From positions 3,516 through 67,515 of the forward strand of contig OMYR01000018.1 of the NCBI GenBank assembly GCA_900315335.1: DNA of 64,000 bases, read 5' to 3'. The position numbers and the translations under genes were made by a program. A model generated the notes under the pieces. It worked only from the letters and a program-made list of their open reading frames with translations, did no database searches and was not told where the DNA came from. Of this stretch, positions 36,830-46,402 are shown piece after piece. Origin of the DNA: an uncultured Bacteroidales bacterium (GTDB lineage: Bacteria; Bacteroidota; Bacteroidia; Bacteroidales; P3). Numbering within the stretch: position 1 is the stretch's first letter; each line of letters opens with the position of its first letter.

Positions 36830-38365
36830 ATGCGTAAGACCATACAAATTACACTAACTCCCGAAGATTATTACGATAAAAATACTTTTGAAAAAACTAT
36901 TGCAAAAAAGAGCGGAATAAATAGCAAGTACTTGTCTTATATGATTAACAAGGAAAGTTTAGATGCTCGTAAAATACCGGTGTATCATTTGGAAATTATA
37001 ACCTCGCCTGATAACGATTTGCCAAATATTAATCCCGAACCATTTTTGAATGTAAGCAATTCTCTTCCTGTTATTGTTGTGGGGGCAGGTCCTTGTGGGC
37101 TTATGGCAGCATTGAAACTTATTCAAAAAGGATTAAAACCTATAATCATAGAACGAGGTTCGGTGGTAGAGAAACGTAAAAAAGATGTTGCTTTGATTGT
37201 TAGGAACGAAGCCCTTAATGAAGAAAGCAATTTTTGTTTTGGAGAGGGCGGAGCAGGTACTTTTTCTGACGGCAAGTTATATACACGCAGTAGCAAAAAA
37301 GGTAATATCGAAGAAGTCTTGCAACTGTTTGTTTATTTCGGTGCAAACAAACAAATACTCTATCAATCACATCCTCATATAGGTACAGATGTCTTATCCC
37401 GAGTTGTTAAAAACATAAGAGAGAAAATACTGCAATGCGGTGGAGAGTATAGATTCGATTCCAAGGTCGTGGATTTTATTGTAAAAAATGATGAGGTTAT
37501 CGGAGTAATTACTGCAAGTGGCGAAGAGATTTTAGCAAACAAAGTGATTTTGGCAACGGGGCATTCGGCAAGTGATATATACCAATTATTCTATGATAGA
37601 AATTGGCATATAGAAGCCAAACCTTTTGCAATGGGTGTAAGAGTCGAGCATCCACAAGAAATGATAAACGCTAACCAATATCATAACAAAAAATATTCAA
37701 CACTACTTCCTCCTGCCGAATATTCATTGACAACAAACAATGAGGGTAGGGGCGTGTTTTCTTTTTGTATGTGTCCGGGAGGAATGGTTGTCCCAACACC
37801 GGATAAAGAAGGGATAATGGTAGTTAATGGAATGTCTTCTTCCACAAGAGGCGGCAGGTTTGCAAATAGTGCAATAGTGGTTACGGTAAATGAGGGGGAC
37901 GCACAAGAGTTTAGTGATTTTGGAGCGTTGTCTTTATTGAAATTTCAGCAGCAATGGGAAAAAAATATGTATTTCGATAAAAGAATATGCCCTGCACAAA
38001 GGCTAAGCGATTTTGTAAATAATAGAGTTTCTTCGTCTTTATCGGAAAGTTCGTATAGGCCTTCTCTTGTCGCTTGTGATATGAAAGAAAGATTGCCAAA
38101 AGTTGTAAGCAAAAATTTGCAGTTAGGTTTTTCTGTCTTTGATAGAAAGATAAAAGGATTTATTACAGACCAAGCCAATATCATAGGATTGGAGAGCAGA
38201 ACGTCTTCCCCTGTTCGTATTCCAAGAGATAAGGAAACGATGCAGCATATAACTCTAAAAAATCTTTATCCTTGCGGAGAAGGGGCAGGTTATGCAGGAG
38301 GAATAACGTCTTCTGCCATAGACGGAATAAATGCAGCGAAAAAGATAGCCGAAGCATTGGCGTAA
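36830..38365 (+). CDS. FAD-dependent oxidoreductase (COG2509-like)
   Basis: Start at ATG 36830 (MRKTIQITL), 3 nt after the upstream stop. Dinucleotide-binding motif VIVVGAGPCGLMAALKL. C-terminal GEGAGYAGGI. Confidence 0.75.
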   Translation: MRKTIQITLTPEDYYDKNTFEKTIAKKSGINSKYLSYMINKESLDARKIPVYHLEIITSPDNDLPNINPEPFLNVSNSLPVIVVGAGPCGLMAALKLIQKGLKPIIIERGSVVEKRKKDVALIVRNEALNEESNFCFGEGGAGTFSDGKLYTRSSKKGNIEEVLQLFVYFGANKQILYQSHPHIGTDVLSRVVKNIREKILQCGGEYRFDSKVVDFIVKNDEVIGVITASGEEILANKVILATGHSASDIYQLFYDRNWHIEAKPFAMGVRVEHPQEMINANQYHNKKYSTLLPPAEYSLTTNNEGRGVFSFCMCPGGMVVPTPDKEGIMVVNGMSSSTRGGRFANSAIVVTVNEGDAQEFSDFGALSLLKFQQQWEKNMYFDKRICPAQRLSDFVNNRVSSSLSESSYRPSLVACDMKERLPKVVSKNLQLGFSVFDRKIKGFITDQANIIGLESRTSSPVRIPRDKETMQHITLKNLYPCGEGAGYAGGITSSAIDGINAAKKIAEALA

Positions 38366-38382
38366 ATAGTATGTGATACTGC

Positions 38383-38470
38383 AAAATTAGTGTTAAGCAT
38401 TATCAAATTAGTGTTAAACATTGGTAAAATAATATTAAACATCAGTAAAACGATTAGTGGTACCGTGATT
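38383..38470. repeat. 21-bp-phased repeat array, locus I
   Basis: Units AATTAGTGTTAAGCATTATCA / AATTAGTGTTAAACATTGGTA / AAATAATATTAAACATCAGTA / AAACGATTAGTGGTACCGTGA. ATTAGTG words start at 38386 and 38407. Confidence 0.8.
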
Positions 38471-38617
38471 GCACTATGTTTTAATAATATTTTGTGTTCT
38501 CTTTATTGCTGCTTTTGTAATATATGAGTGGTTATTTAACTTGTGAAAGATATTGTAGAACCGTGCTTGTTTTGAATAATTATTTTGTAGAACTCACGTA
38601 GTTTGAAAAAAATGTTG

Positions 38618-38625
38618 TAATTTTG
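38618..38625 (+). promoter_or_regulatory. Bacteroides-type -7 box (TAATTTTG) upstream of the mltD-like gene
   Basis: Exact TAnnTTTG match, 53 nt upstream of ATG 38678. Confidence 0.4.
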
Positions 38626-38677
38626 ACAACCTTAAATCCCCTCTGAGGTTGGGGTAACAAATAAATCAGACATAAAT

Positions 38678-40336
38678 ATGATACTATATAAAAAAATACT
38701 GTTGCTGTTGATTGCTGCTATTTCGTTACAGGTGGTTGTGGCTCAAAACGATGATGAAATATATTCCAACTTTGAACGTAACTATAATGAGTTGCTGCAA
38801 TCATACTATATGAAGACTAATGAGAAGCAGAACAACCAAAATTATTCGGGTACTACGTACGGTCGTAAAAAGGCATCGGAACTGACGGACGAAGAAATTA
38901 AAAATCGATTGAAAGTTATACCTTCTTGCGTGCCTCTTGTATATAATTCTGTTGTAAGGAATCACATTGTTTATTATATAGACCGTATTGGTGACAGAGT
39001 TGGTGTGATGTTGGGTGTAAGTAAGTATTATTTTCCGATTTTCGAGAATATTTTGGACGCTTACGGTGTGCCGAGTGATTTGAAATACCTTGTTGTCATA
39101 GAATCTGCGTTTAATCCAAAGGCTGTATCCCGTGCAGGTGCGACAGGTCTTTGGCAGTTTATGTATGCAACGGGACGTAATTACGATTTAAGGGTTAATA
39201 GTATTGTTGATGATAGACGAGACCCGATAAAATCAACTATTGCGGCGGCTCAATACCTTAAAGACTTATATTCTATTTATCATGATTGGTCTTTGGTGTT
39301 GGCTGCATATAATTGTGGGCCTGGTAATGTCAATAAGGCTATCAAACGTTCGGGGAAAAATGACTTTTGGCAAATATATTCTTACTTACCAAAAGAGACA
39401 AGAAACTATGTTCCCGCTTTTATTGCTGCAACCTACGCAATGAACTATGCCGATAAACACGGCATATGTGCAGCTAATTTATCGAAACCTTTGGATTTGA
39501 TAAACGATACTGTCAATGTTTCAAGAGATATTTATTTTGGTCAAATTGAAAAAGTGTTGGGTATATCTGTTGAGCAAATAAAGGAGATGAACCCGCAATA
39601 TAAAATGAACTATATTCCCGGGACAACGGCTAAATACTCATTGCGGTTGCCACTTAAAAACATTGAGGAGTTTATTGAATTGGAAGATTCCATCGCTTCT
39701 ACCGATACGAATTTGTATAATTTAAGGAATTTGGCTTCCGATGGTACGATTAAAATGAATGTAAATTGTGATTCACAATCGGATGCTGTGTATATTACCA
39801 AAACAATTACTCATAAGGTACAATCAAGAGAAAGTTGGTCGTCAATTGCAAGAAGATATGGAGTTAGCGTCAGCGATTTGAGAAAATGGAACAGAAAAGT
39901 TAAGACAAATAAATTGCGTAAAGGTACATTGCTTTCGGTAAAACAGCGTGTGGCTGTTGAAAAACAGAAATATATTCCACAGAGCGAAAGCGAAAAAGAG
40001 AGTATTGTTGAAGAAAGCATAACGGCTGCCGATAACGAGAACAATCAAGTGGAACAAATAACGGCAAACAACACTAACAAGTCTTCTGTTAATAACACTT
40101 CGTCTAAAAACAAAACCAATATTAACAGTAAAACAAATAACACTAAGGCAAACAATAATAATAAAAAAGCAACTAACCAGAAAACATCTAAAACGCATAC
40201 CGTTAAAAGCGGCGATACTATTACCAAGATTGCCGCAAGGTACAACACAACGGTTGAAAAAATTATGAAGTTAAACAATATGGATAAGAAATCTGCCGAC
40301 AGACTTCGTTTAGGACAAAAGATAAAAGTAAAGTAA
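38678..40336 (+). CDS. Lytic murein transglycosylase (MltD-like) with LysM domains
   Basis: 552 aa. SLT catalytic region VVIESAFNPKAVSRAGATGLWQFM...AAYNCGPGNV. LysM repeats (HKVQSRESWSSIARRYGVSVSDLRKWN; HTVKSGDTITKIAARYNTTVEKIMKLNN) are separated by an Asn/Lys/Thr-rich linker. Confidence 0.88.
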   Translation: MILYKKILLLLIAAISLQVVVAQNDDEIYSNFERNYNELLQSYYMKTNEKQNNQNYSGTTYGRKKASELTDEEIKNRLKVIPSCVPLVYNSVVRNHIVYYIDRIGDRVGVMLGVSKYYFPIFENILDAYGVPSDLKYLVVIESAFNPKAVSRAGATGLWQFMYATGRNYDLRVNSIVDDRRDPIKSTIAAAQYLKDLYSIYHDWSLVLAAYNCGPGNVNKAIKRSGKNDFWQIYSYLPKETRNYVPAFIAATYAMNYADKHGICAANLSKPLDLINDTVNVSRDIYFGQIEKVLGISVEQIKEMNPQYKMNYIPGTTAKYSLRLPLKNIEEFIELEDSIASTDTNLYNLRNLASDGTIKMNVNCDSQSDAVYITKTITHKVQSRESWSSIARRYGVSVSDLRKWNRKVKTNKLRKGTLLSVKQRVAVEKQKYIPQSESEKESIVEESITAADNENNQVEQITANNTNKSSVNNTSSKNKTNINSKTNNTKANNNNKKATNQKTSKTHTVKSGDTITKIAARYNTTVEKIMKLNNMDKKSADRLRLGQKIKVK

Positions 40337-40361
40337 TAACAAACAAGTCAGACTTACTAAG

Positions 40362-41723
40362 ATGAAAATCTCTAAACTCATCTTAACTTTTTCCGCAGTT
40401 TTATTGTTGTTGGGTGTTATCGTATTGGTATTTCCGAAAGGCGGATTGAAAATCGGGATGTTGGAATTGAGATTCCCAACCTTTGAGGAGTTGTTTTTAA
40501 CAGAGAAGGTACAGTATTCAGATATTGATGTTTTGTTTGATGAAGACACATCGAAGCAAAATCTTGATAAAGACGACAAACAAGTAAAAATAAAAGAAGA
40601 TAATCTCGTTAAAATAGAACTTCCACAAGATAATCTTCATTATTTGGATAAACTATTTGCTTCGTTGGATAGCATAAGCATAAATAATGATAAGGTAAGA
40701 ATTATTCATTACGGCGATTCTCAAATAGAAGGCGACAGAATTACCTCTTATTTACGTTTGCGTCTGCAAAATCAATTCGGCGGCAAGGGACAAGGCGAGA
40801 TACCACTGCATTCATTATCCAATATTAAGAATGTTAGTTTTGAATACTCAGATAACTGGAATTTTTATTCGATTATAGATTTGGAAAAACACGATTTTCA
40901 TCGCTACGGTCTTATGCAAGCAGCCACTATTCCCGAAGATGAAAATTCTTTTGTAAAACTAAACTTCGCCAAAGCGATTAGCGGCGATATTACTCTGTAT
41001 TATGGAAACCACAGCGAGAATACTCAAATCGGTTTTGTTGCAAATAAAGATACATTGGCTTCGTATTCATTGGATAATGAAGTGCTACTTTCCAAACAAA
41101 GCTGCCATATAACCAAGCCTACCAAATCACTGACTATTTCTGTCAAAGGTCGTCCCGAATTGTATTCTTTGGATTTCAGCAATGGTGGTGGGGTATATTT
41201 TGACAATGTGTCGTTGAGAGGCTCATCGGGTTATGGCTTTAACAAAAACAATGTAGATTTCCTTTGCCGAATGAGTAATATGCTTAATGTTAAATTGATT
41301 ATTCTTCAATTCGGTGTTAATGCCGTGCCGCAAGATGAACAGACTATTGTTTCTTCATATCAATTCTACAAAACCAATCTCAAAAGACAAGTCGATTTTA
41401 TTAAACGTACCAATCCGCAAGCGGCTATAATTATCGTCGGTATATCCGATAGAAGTCGTAAAAAGGGAGATAATTATGAGACAAACCCTAATATTCCAAA
41501 AATTCTCGCCGTTCAAAAGCAGGTCGCCCAAGAATGCGGCGTTGCTTTTTGGAATTTGTTTGAGGCTATGGGAGGAAACAATTCCATGCCCTCATGGGTA
41601 TTAAGGGACAAGCCGTTGGCGAATAAGGATTTTACACATTTCAACGATGCGGGGGCTAAATATGTCGGCGAGATGTTTTATAAAGCATTGGAAAACGCTT
41701 ATAAAGATTACAAAACAAGATAA
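40362..41723 (+). CDS. SGNH/GDSL-family hydrolase
   Basis: 453 aa with an N-terminal TM/signal. Block I is IIHYGDSQIEGDR. Also ILQFGVNA and a C-terminal DFTHFN (DxxH-like). Confidence 0.7.
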   Translation: MKISKLILTFSAVLLLLGVIVLVFPKGGLKIGMLELRFPTFEELFLTEKVQYSDIDVLFDEDTSKQNLDKDDKQVKIKEDNLVKIELPQDNLHYLDKLFASLDSISINNDKVRIIHYGDSQIEGDRITSYLRLRLQNQFGGKGQGEIPLHSLSNIKNVSFEYSDNWNFYSIIDLEKHDFHRYGLMQAATIPEDENSFVKLNFAKAISGDITLYYGNHSENTQIGFVANKDTLASYSLDNEVLLSKQSCHITKPTKSLTISVKGRPELYSLDFSNGGGVYFDNVSLRGSSGYGFNKNNVDFLCRMSNMLNVKLIILQFGVNAVPQDEQTIVSSYQFYKTNLKRQVDFIKRTNPQAAIIIVGISDRSRKKGDNYETNPNIPKILAVQKQVAQECGVAFWNLFEAMGGNNSMPSWVLRDKPLANKDFTHFNDAGAKYVGEMFYKALENAYKDYKTR

Positions 41724-41749
41724 ATAAACACATAAATATATCACGAGTT

Positions 41750-43222
41750 ATGAAAGATTTTATTAAAAACAATTATCATTATATTTGCATTGCGGCGATA
41801 ATGATAATTTCGTTTTGCTTCTATTCTTATTTGCGTTACCCTTTGTTAAATTCGGACGATGCATGGTGTGTGCTTATGGCTCAAACGTTTCATCTACCCG
41901 ACGATTTATTTGCTTGGAATCAATCACGTGGTGGCAATATTGTAGCTATGATTGCCCAAATATTTATGTGGTGCGGTTTTAGAACGATAACGGCAGTAAG
42001 TATTGCGGAATATCTTTTACTACTGGTCGGAGTACTTTGCTTCGGGACATTATTCAAACGTAAAAGCAACAAAATATTTGTAGCAATAATTTTCTTTCTA
42101 CCCTTTCAAAGGTTTATAGATATAACTCGGTTCTTTATAGGTTGGGAATATAGTGTGTTGGCTGTGTCGGTTATGTTTATCAATAAAGTTTGGGATATGG
42201 ATAAAAACACATTGAAAGCCAAAGTATTTATGTGTCTTGCAATGTTGTTTATGGTTATTGCTATATGGGTTCTTTACAACGCTATATTTAGCATCATTTT
42301 TTTGATTGTTGTTCTTTTGTTCTACAATGGCAAAAAATTACCGCATAAGAATGTTTGTTTATTCTCTGTTATTGGTGGTATTGTGGCTTTGGCTTTGATA
42401 AAATTTATTTATTCTTTCAATGCAGCGGAATGCGCCGAATGCAATAAAATCAGCGGAATAAAAGATATATTGAAAGCACTACTTATTCTGTACTACGATT
42501 ACAGAGCCATACTTGTTTTCCATACCAAAGAATACATTGTCAGCATTCACACCTATTTATGTCTTATCTTTTTAATCACACTGACATATTTTATAATCAA
42601 GAAAAAATGGTACAAAGTTCTGTTGAAAGACAAATGGATTACTTTTTTCTTCCTTGATTTCTGTGCATTTTATGGCATATACTTACTTTCTTTATGGGTG
42701 ATGAAGAATGGTATGGGACGTTGGTATTATGTTTCTTGTTATATATCTTTATCTATGTGTGTATTGCTTATATTCGACAGGTTGTATGACGAGAAACTTA
42801 TGCGTTATTTAAGGAAATTTTTATACGTTGTATTGTTCGTTGGAGCGATAAGTCCTGTCTATACTATGTTGGAATCGAAACCAAAAAACCTTAAACCTAT
42901 GGAGCGATACGCTAATGAATTGGAGCCTTTGGGCAAGTGCGGAATTATTGGCGATTGGTGGCATTCTTATATTTGCTCCGTTGCACATCCCGACAAAGTG
43001 CTTTCCACTCCGCACCAAGACGATTGGGCATACACTCGTAACCCTCAAAGAGCTACACAAGTCGCAGCAATGGATACTATATACATCGTTAAAGATGGTT
43101 GGCTTGATGATTTTCCCGATACAATGCAGCAATTCGGTTACAAATTTAGGCGACACGGCAACGGCTTTCATCTTGGCAATTGGGATTTGTGTCAATATAT
43201 CAATGAAGGTAAGGTAGAATAA
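41750..43222 (+). CDS. Polytopic integral membrane protein, unknown function
   Basis: 490 aa. About 10-11 hydrophobic helices followed by a roughly 110-aa soluble C-terminal domain. No family recognised. Confidence 0.55.
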   Translation: MKDFIKNNYHYICIAAIMIISFCFYSYLRYPLLNSDDAWCVLMAQTFHLPDDLFAWNQSRGGNIVAMIAQIFMWCGFRTITAVSIAEYLLLLVGVLCFGTLFKRKSNKIFVAIIFFLPFQRFIDITRFFIGWEYSVLAVSVMFINKVWDMDKNTLKAKVFMCLAMLFMVIAIWVLYNAIFSIIFLIVVLLFYNGKKLPHKNVCLFSVIGGIVALALIKFIYSFNAAECAECNKISGIKDILKALLILYYDYRAILVFHTKEYIVSIHTYLCLIFLITLTYFIIKKKWYKVLLKDKWITFFFLDFCAFYGIYLLSLWVMKNGMGRWYYVSCYISLSMCVLLIFDRLYDEKLMRYLRKFLYVVLFVGAISPVYTMLESKPKNLKPMERYANELEPLGKCGIIGDWWHSYICSVAHPDKVLSTPHQDDWAYTRNPQRATQVAAMDTIYIVKDGWLDDFPDTMQQFGYKFRRHGNGFHLGNWDLCQYINEGKVE

Positions 43223-43244
43223 ATAGTTTGCACGGAAGCGAAAA

Positions 43245-43335
43245 ATAATGTTTAACACTAAAAAATTAATCTCTCACATTAATAAATTAGTGTTAAACAT
43301 TAAAAAATTAGTTTCTCATACTGTAAAACCGATTA
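43245..43335. repeat. 21-bp-phased repeat array, locus J (clearest palindromic words)
   Basis: Units AATAATGTTTAACACTAAAAA / ATTAATCTCTCACATTAATAA / ATTAGTGTTAAACATTAAAAA / ATTAGTTTCTCATACTGTAAA, starting at 43245, 43266, 43287 and 43308. Confidence 0.8.
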
Positions 43336-43394
43336 AATGACTTTGAAAAACCATAAAAGACGCCGAAAAATCATTGAAAGGCAAAAAAATTTCA

Positions 43395-43402
43395 TACCTT
43401 TG
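43395..43402 (+). promoter_or_regulatory. Bacteroides-type -7 box (TACCTTTG) upstream of pyrH
   Basis: Exact TAnnTTTG match, 21 nt before ATG 43423. Confidence 0.45.
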
Positions 43403-43422
43403 CACGACAAAATCAAAAGGCT

Positions 43423-44136
43423 ATGAAGTATAAAAGAATATTATTGAAACTTTCCGGCGAGAGTCTTATGGGAAACCAATCCTACGGTATTTCTCCCGAG
43501 ATGCTGACGATGTATTGCAGCGAAATCAAACAAGCATACGAAAAAGGCGTTGAGGTTGCTGTCGTTATAGGCGGTGGCAATATCTATCGCGGAATGCAAG
43601 GTTCGGCGAAAGGTATGGACAGAGTGCAAGGCGATTATATGGGAATGATGGCTACGATGATTAATTCTTTGGCACTGCAAGGCGAATTGGAACGTCAAGG
43701 TGTGAAAACGGAATTATTGGGCGGCTTAGCCATAGAACCTATAAGCAAGGCTTTCTCTCGAAGACGTGCAATAGAAGCATTGGAGTCAAAGAAGGTTGTT
43801 ATCATTGGCGGAGGAACGGGTAATCCTTTCTTTACAACCGATACCGCTTCCACATTAAGAGCCATAGAAATCAAAGCCGATGTTATCTTGAAGGGAACAA
43901 GAGTCGATGGCGTCTATACCGCAGACCCCGAGAAGGACAAAAACGCAAAGAAATACGAAACGCTTTCATTCGACGAAGCGATGAATAAGAAACTAAAAGT
44001 TATGGATTTGACGGCTTTTGCCTTGTGTCAGGAGAACAATCTTCCGATATATGTCTTTGATATGAACAAACAAGGCAACTTGCAACGTGTTGTACAAGGC
44101 GAAAACATCGGAACATTGGTTTGTCAGAACGTATAA
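43423..44136 (+). CDS. pyrH: UMP kinase
   Basis: 237 aa. YKRILLKLSGESL, VVIGGGNIYRG, and GGGTGNPFFTTDTA. Confidence 0.93.
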   Translation: MKYKRILLKLSGESLMGNQSYGISPEMLTMYCSEIKQAYEKGVEVAVVIGGGNIYRGMQGSAKGMDRVQGDYMGMMATMINSLALQGELERQGVKTELLGGLAIEPISKAFSRRRAIEALESKKVVIIGGGTGNPFFTTDTASTLRAIEIKADVILKGTRVDGVYTADPEKDKNAKKYETLSFDEAMNKKLKVMDLTAFALCQENNLPIYVFDMNKQGNLQRVVQGENIGTLVCQNV

Positions 44137-44169
44137 AACGAAAATATAATTTACAATAACAATAATAAG

Positions 44170-45900
44170 ATGAGAAGAAAGAGTATTTTGGCGGGATTAT
44201 TATTCACCACCGCCTTAGCATTAAGCACGGCAGCCTTTGCTTGCACCAATTTCTTATTCACAAAAGGTGCTACAAAGGACGGCTCAACGATGATTACCTA
44301 TGCGGCAGATTCTCATACCTTGTATGGAGAACTTTATTACAGACGTGCTGCACAATATCCGGCAGGAACGATGATTCAAATCATTGAATGGGACACCGGC
44401 AAGCCGCTTATCAAAATTCCACAAGCAGCACAAACCTACACCACCGTTGGAAATATGAATGAATGGGGTTTGGTTATAGGTGAAACGACTTACGGCGGCA
44501 GAGAAGAATGTTGGGATTTGGGCAACGGCATAGACTACGGCTCATTGATATACTTAACATTGCAAAGAACCAAGACCGCTCGTGAAGCAATCAAGCAAAT
44601 AGCGGATTTTATGGCTACATACGGCTACGCTTCGGAGGGAGAAAGTTTTTCCATAGCCGACGGAGAAGAAGTTTGGATAATGGAACTTATCGGCAAGGGC
44701 AAAGGTAACAAAGGTGCCGTTTGGGTTGCAAGAATGATACCCGACGGTTATGTTTCGGGACACGCAAACCAAGCACGTATAACCACATTCCCTTTGGAGA
44801 CAAAGAAGAACACAACATCTATCTCCTACAAAAACATTAAGAAAATATTCGATAAAAACATTACAACCGTATATGCTGACGACGTTATCACATTTGCACG
44901 TTCCAAGGGTTGGTTCAATGGTAAGGATTCCGAATTTTCTTTTTCCGACACCTACGCTCCATTGACTTTCTCGGGCGTCAGAGGTTGCGAGGCCAGAGTT
45001 TATGCAATGTTTAACCGCATCAACTCAACTATGCACAAATACGAAGACTACGCAATGGGCAAAACTTTGGCTTCGGTTAATGTTGAAAGAATGCCTCTTT
45101 GGATTAAACCCGACCATAAAGTGAGCGTTAAGGAAGTTATGGACTTGATGCGTGATTATTATCAAGGTACGGCAATGGATATGTCTAAGGATTTGGGAGC
45201 AGGTCCTTATGGTTGTCCTTACCGTTGGAGACCTATGACTTGGAGTGTCGATGGTCAAAACTATATTCACGAAAGAGCAACTTCCACCCAGCAGACAGGC
45301 TTTTCATTTGTCGGACAAACCAGAAGTTGGATGCCTGCAAAAGCCAAAGGTATCTTATGGTTCGGTGTAGATGACACATATACTACGGTCTATGTGCCTA
45401 TGTATGGTTCTATCGCCAAAGTTCCTCATTGCTTTGAGGAGGGTAACGGTTCTATGGTCGAATATTCGCCAACTTCCGCTTTCTGGAAATTCAACCAAGT
45501 TACGAACTGGGTATATACCCGTTGGAAAGATATGATTGTCGATTTGCAAAAAGTACAAAACAACTTGGAAAACTCATTCATTAAAGAGGTAGAACAAATC
45601 GACGCTAAGGTAAAGAATATGGACGATGTTGATGCAATGTGTAAGATATTGACAGACTTTTCCGTTGCAAAGGGAGACCAAACTTTCGAGGCTTGGAGCA
45701 ATCTTTACAATTACTTATTGGTTAAATACATCGACGGTAATATCAAGAAAGAAAAGGACGGCAAATTTGAGGAGACCGGCTACCGCAAGGGTGATTGTGT
45801 CTTTCCGCAGCAGCCTGCTTATCCGGAAGAATGGTATCGTATGATTGTCAAAGACCACGGAGACGTTATCAAGGACCTTAGCCCGAAGGAGACCAAATAA
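44170..45900 (+). CDS. C69-family dipeptidase
   Basis: 576 aa. Signal peptide followed by the nucleophile context AFACTNFLF. Size and overall pattern fit peptidase C69. Confidence 0.8.
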   Translation: MRRKSILAGLLFTTALALSTAAFACTNFLFTKGATKDGSTMITYAADSHTLYGELYYRRAAQYPAGTMIQIIEWDTGKPLIKIPQAAQTYTTVGNMNEWGLVIGETTYGGREECWDLGNGIDYGSLIYLTLQRTKTAREAIKQIADFMATYGYASEGESFSIADGEEVWIMELIGKGKGNKGAVWVARMIPDGYVSGHANQARITTFPLETKKNTTSISYKNIKKIFDKNITTVYADDVITFARSKGWFNGKDSEFSFSDTYAPLTFSGVRGCEARVYAMFNRINSTMHKYEDYAMGKTLASVNVERMPLWIKPDHKVSVKEVMDLMRDYYQGTAMDMSKDLGAGPYGCPYRWRPMTWSVDGQNYIHERATSTQQTGFSFVGQTRSWMPAKAKGILWFGVDDTYTTVYVPMYGSIAKVPHCFEEGNGSMVEYSPTSAFWKFNQVTNWVYTRWKDMIVDLQKVQNNLENSFIKEVEQIDAKVKNMDDVDAMCKILTDFSVAKGDQTFEAWSNLYNYLLVKYIDGNIKKEKDGKFEETGYRKGDCVFPQQPAYPEEWYRMIVKDHGDVIKDLSPKETK

Positions 45901-45930
45901 TAAACTACATTTAATTTTCAATATATTGAC

Positions 45931-45965
45931 AAACCGCCGCAATTATGTGGCGGTTTATTTTATTT
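45931..45965 (+). terminator. Rho-independent terminator after the dipeptidase gene
   Basis: Stem AAACCGCC ... GGCGGTTT followed by ATTTTATTTATTT. Confidence 0.7.
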
Positions 45966-46088
45966 ATTTGAATTTGTGTCGTTCCGCACTGCCATTAATA
46001 TATAATGATGTACTTCTTTCGTCCCATTGTCTTTAATTTTTATTTGAAACACCCCATTTTTTATCCGCTACACGCCACTTAGAGTTTC

Positions 46089-46295
46089 AAATACGCAGGT
46101 TTGTGTTCCAAACACGGTAGTTCTCGTTCCAAACACGGAGGTTCGTGATGTATATAGTACTATATAGCGACTATATATAGTACTATATAGTAACCGTATA
46201 TAGTACTATCTGCGTCACGAATCTCCGTGTTTGGAACGAAAACCTGCGTGTTTGGAACGAGAACTACCGTGTTTGGAATATAAACCTGCGTATTT
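46089..46295. repeat. 207-bp composite inverted-repeat element (iteron arms plus three central palindromes)
   Basis: The left arm AAATACGCAGGTTTGTGTTCCAAACACGGTAGTTCTCGTTCCAAACACGGAGGTTCGTGATG matches the reverse complement of the right arm, except that the right arm carries one extra unit of about 21 nt (GCAGGTTTTCGTTCCAAACAC). The centre holds TATATAGTACTATATA at 46151 and 46174 plus a partial copy at 46197 (23-nt period). Confidence 0.85.
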
Positions 46296-46402
46296 TTATT
46301 AAAAACTGCCGTATCTTGAATGAGAAATAAAGAATCCGCCGATAGTTCTACCGACGGATTCTCAAAAAATGAACAATTAGGTAATGAAATTTGTTTGCCA
46401 AA

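Noticed and set aside
39811-40278. Minus-strand ORFs of 77-118 aa within the mltD-like gene
   Set aside because: They are antisense to the Asn/Lys/Thr-rich linker and LysM region. They are low-complexity shadow ORFs.
43423-44136. pyrH not followed by frr, and ackA (52712-53917) not preceded by pta, as possible rearrangements
   Set aside because: These pairs are often unlinked in Bacteroidota. There are no scars or compositional changes at these sites.
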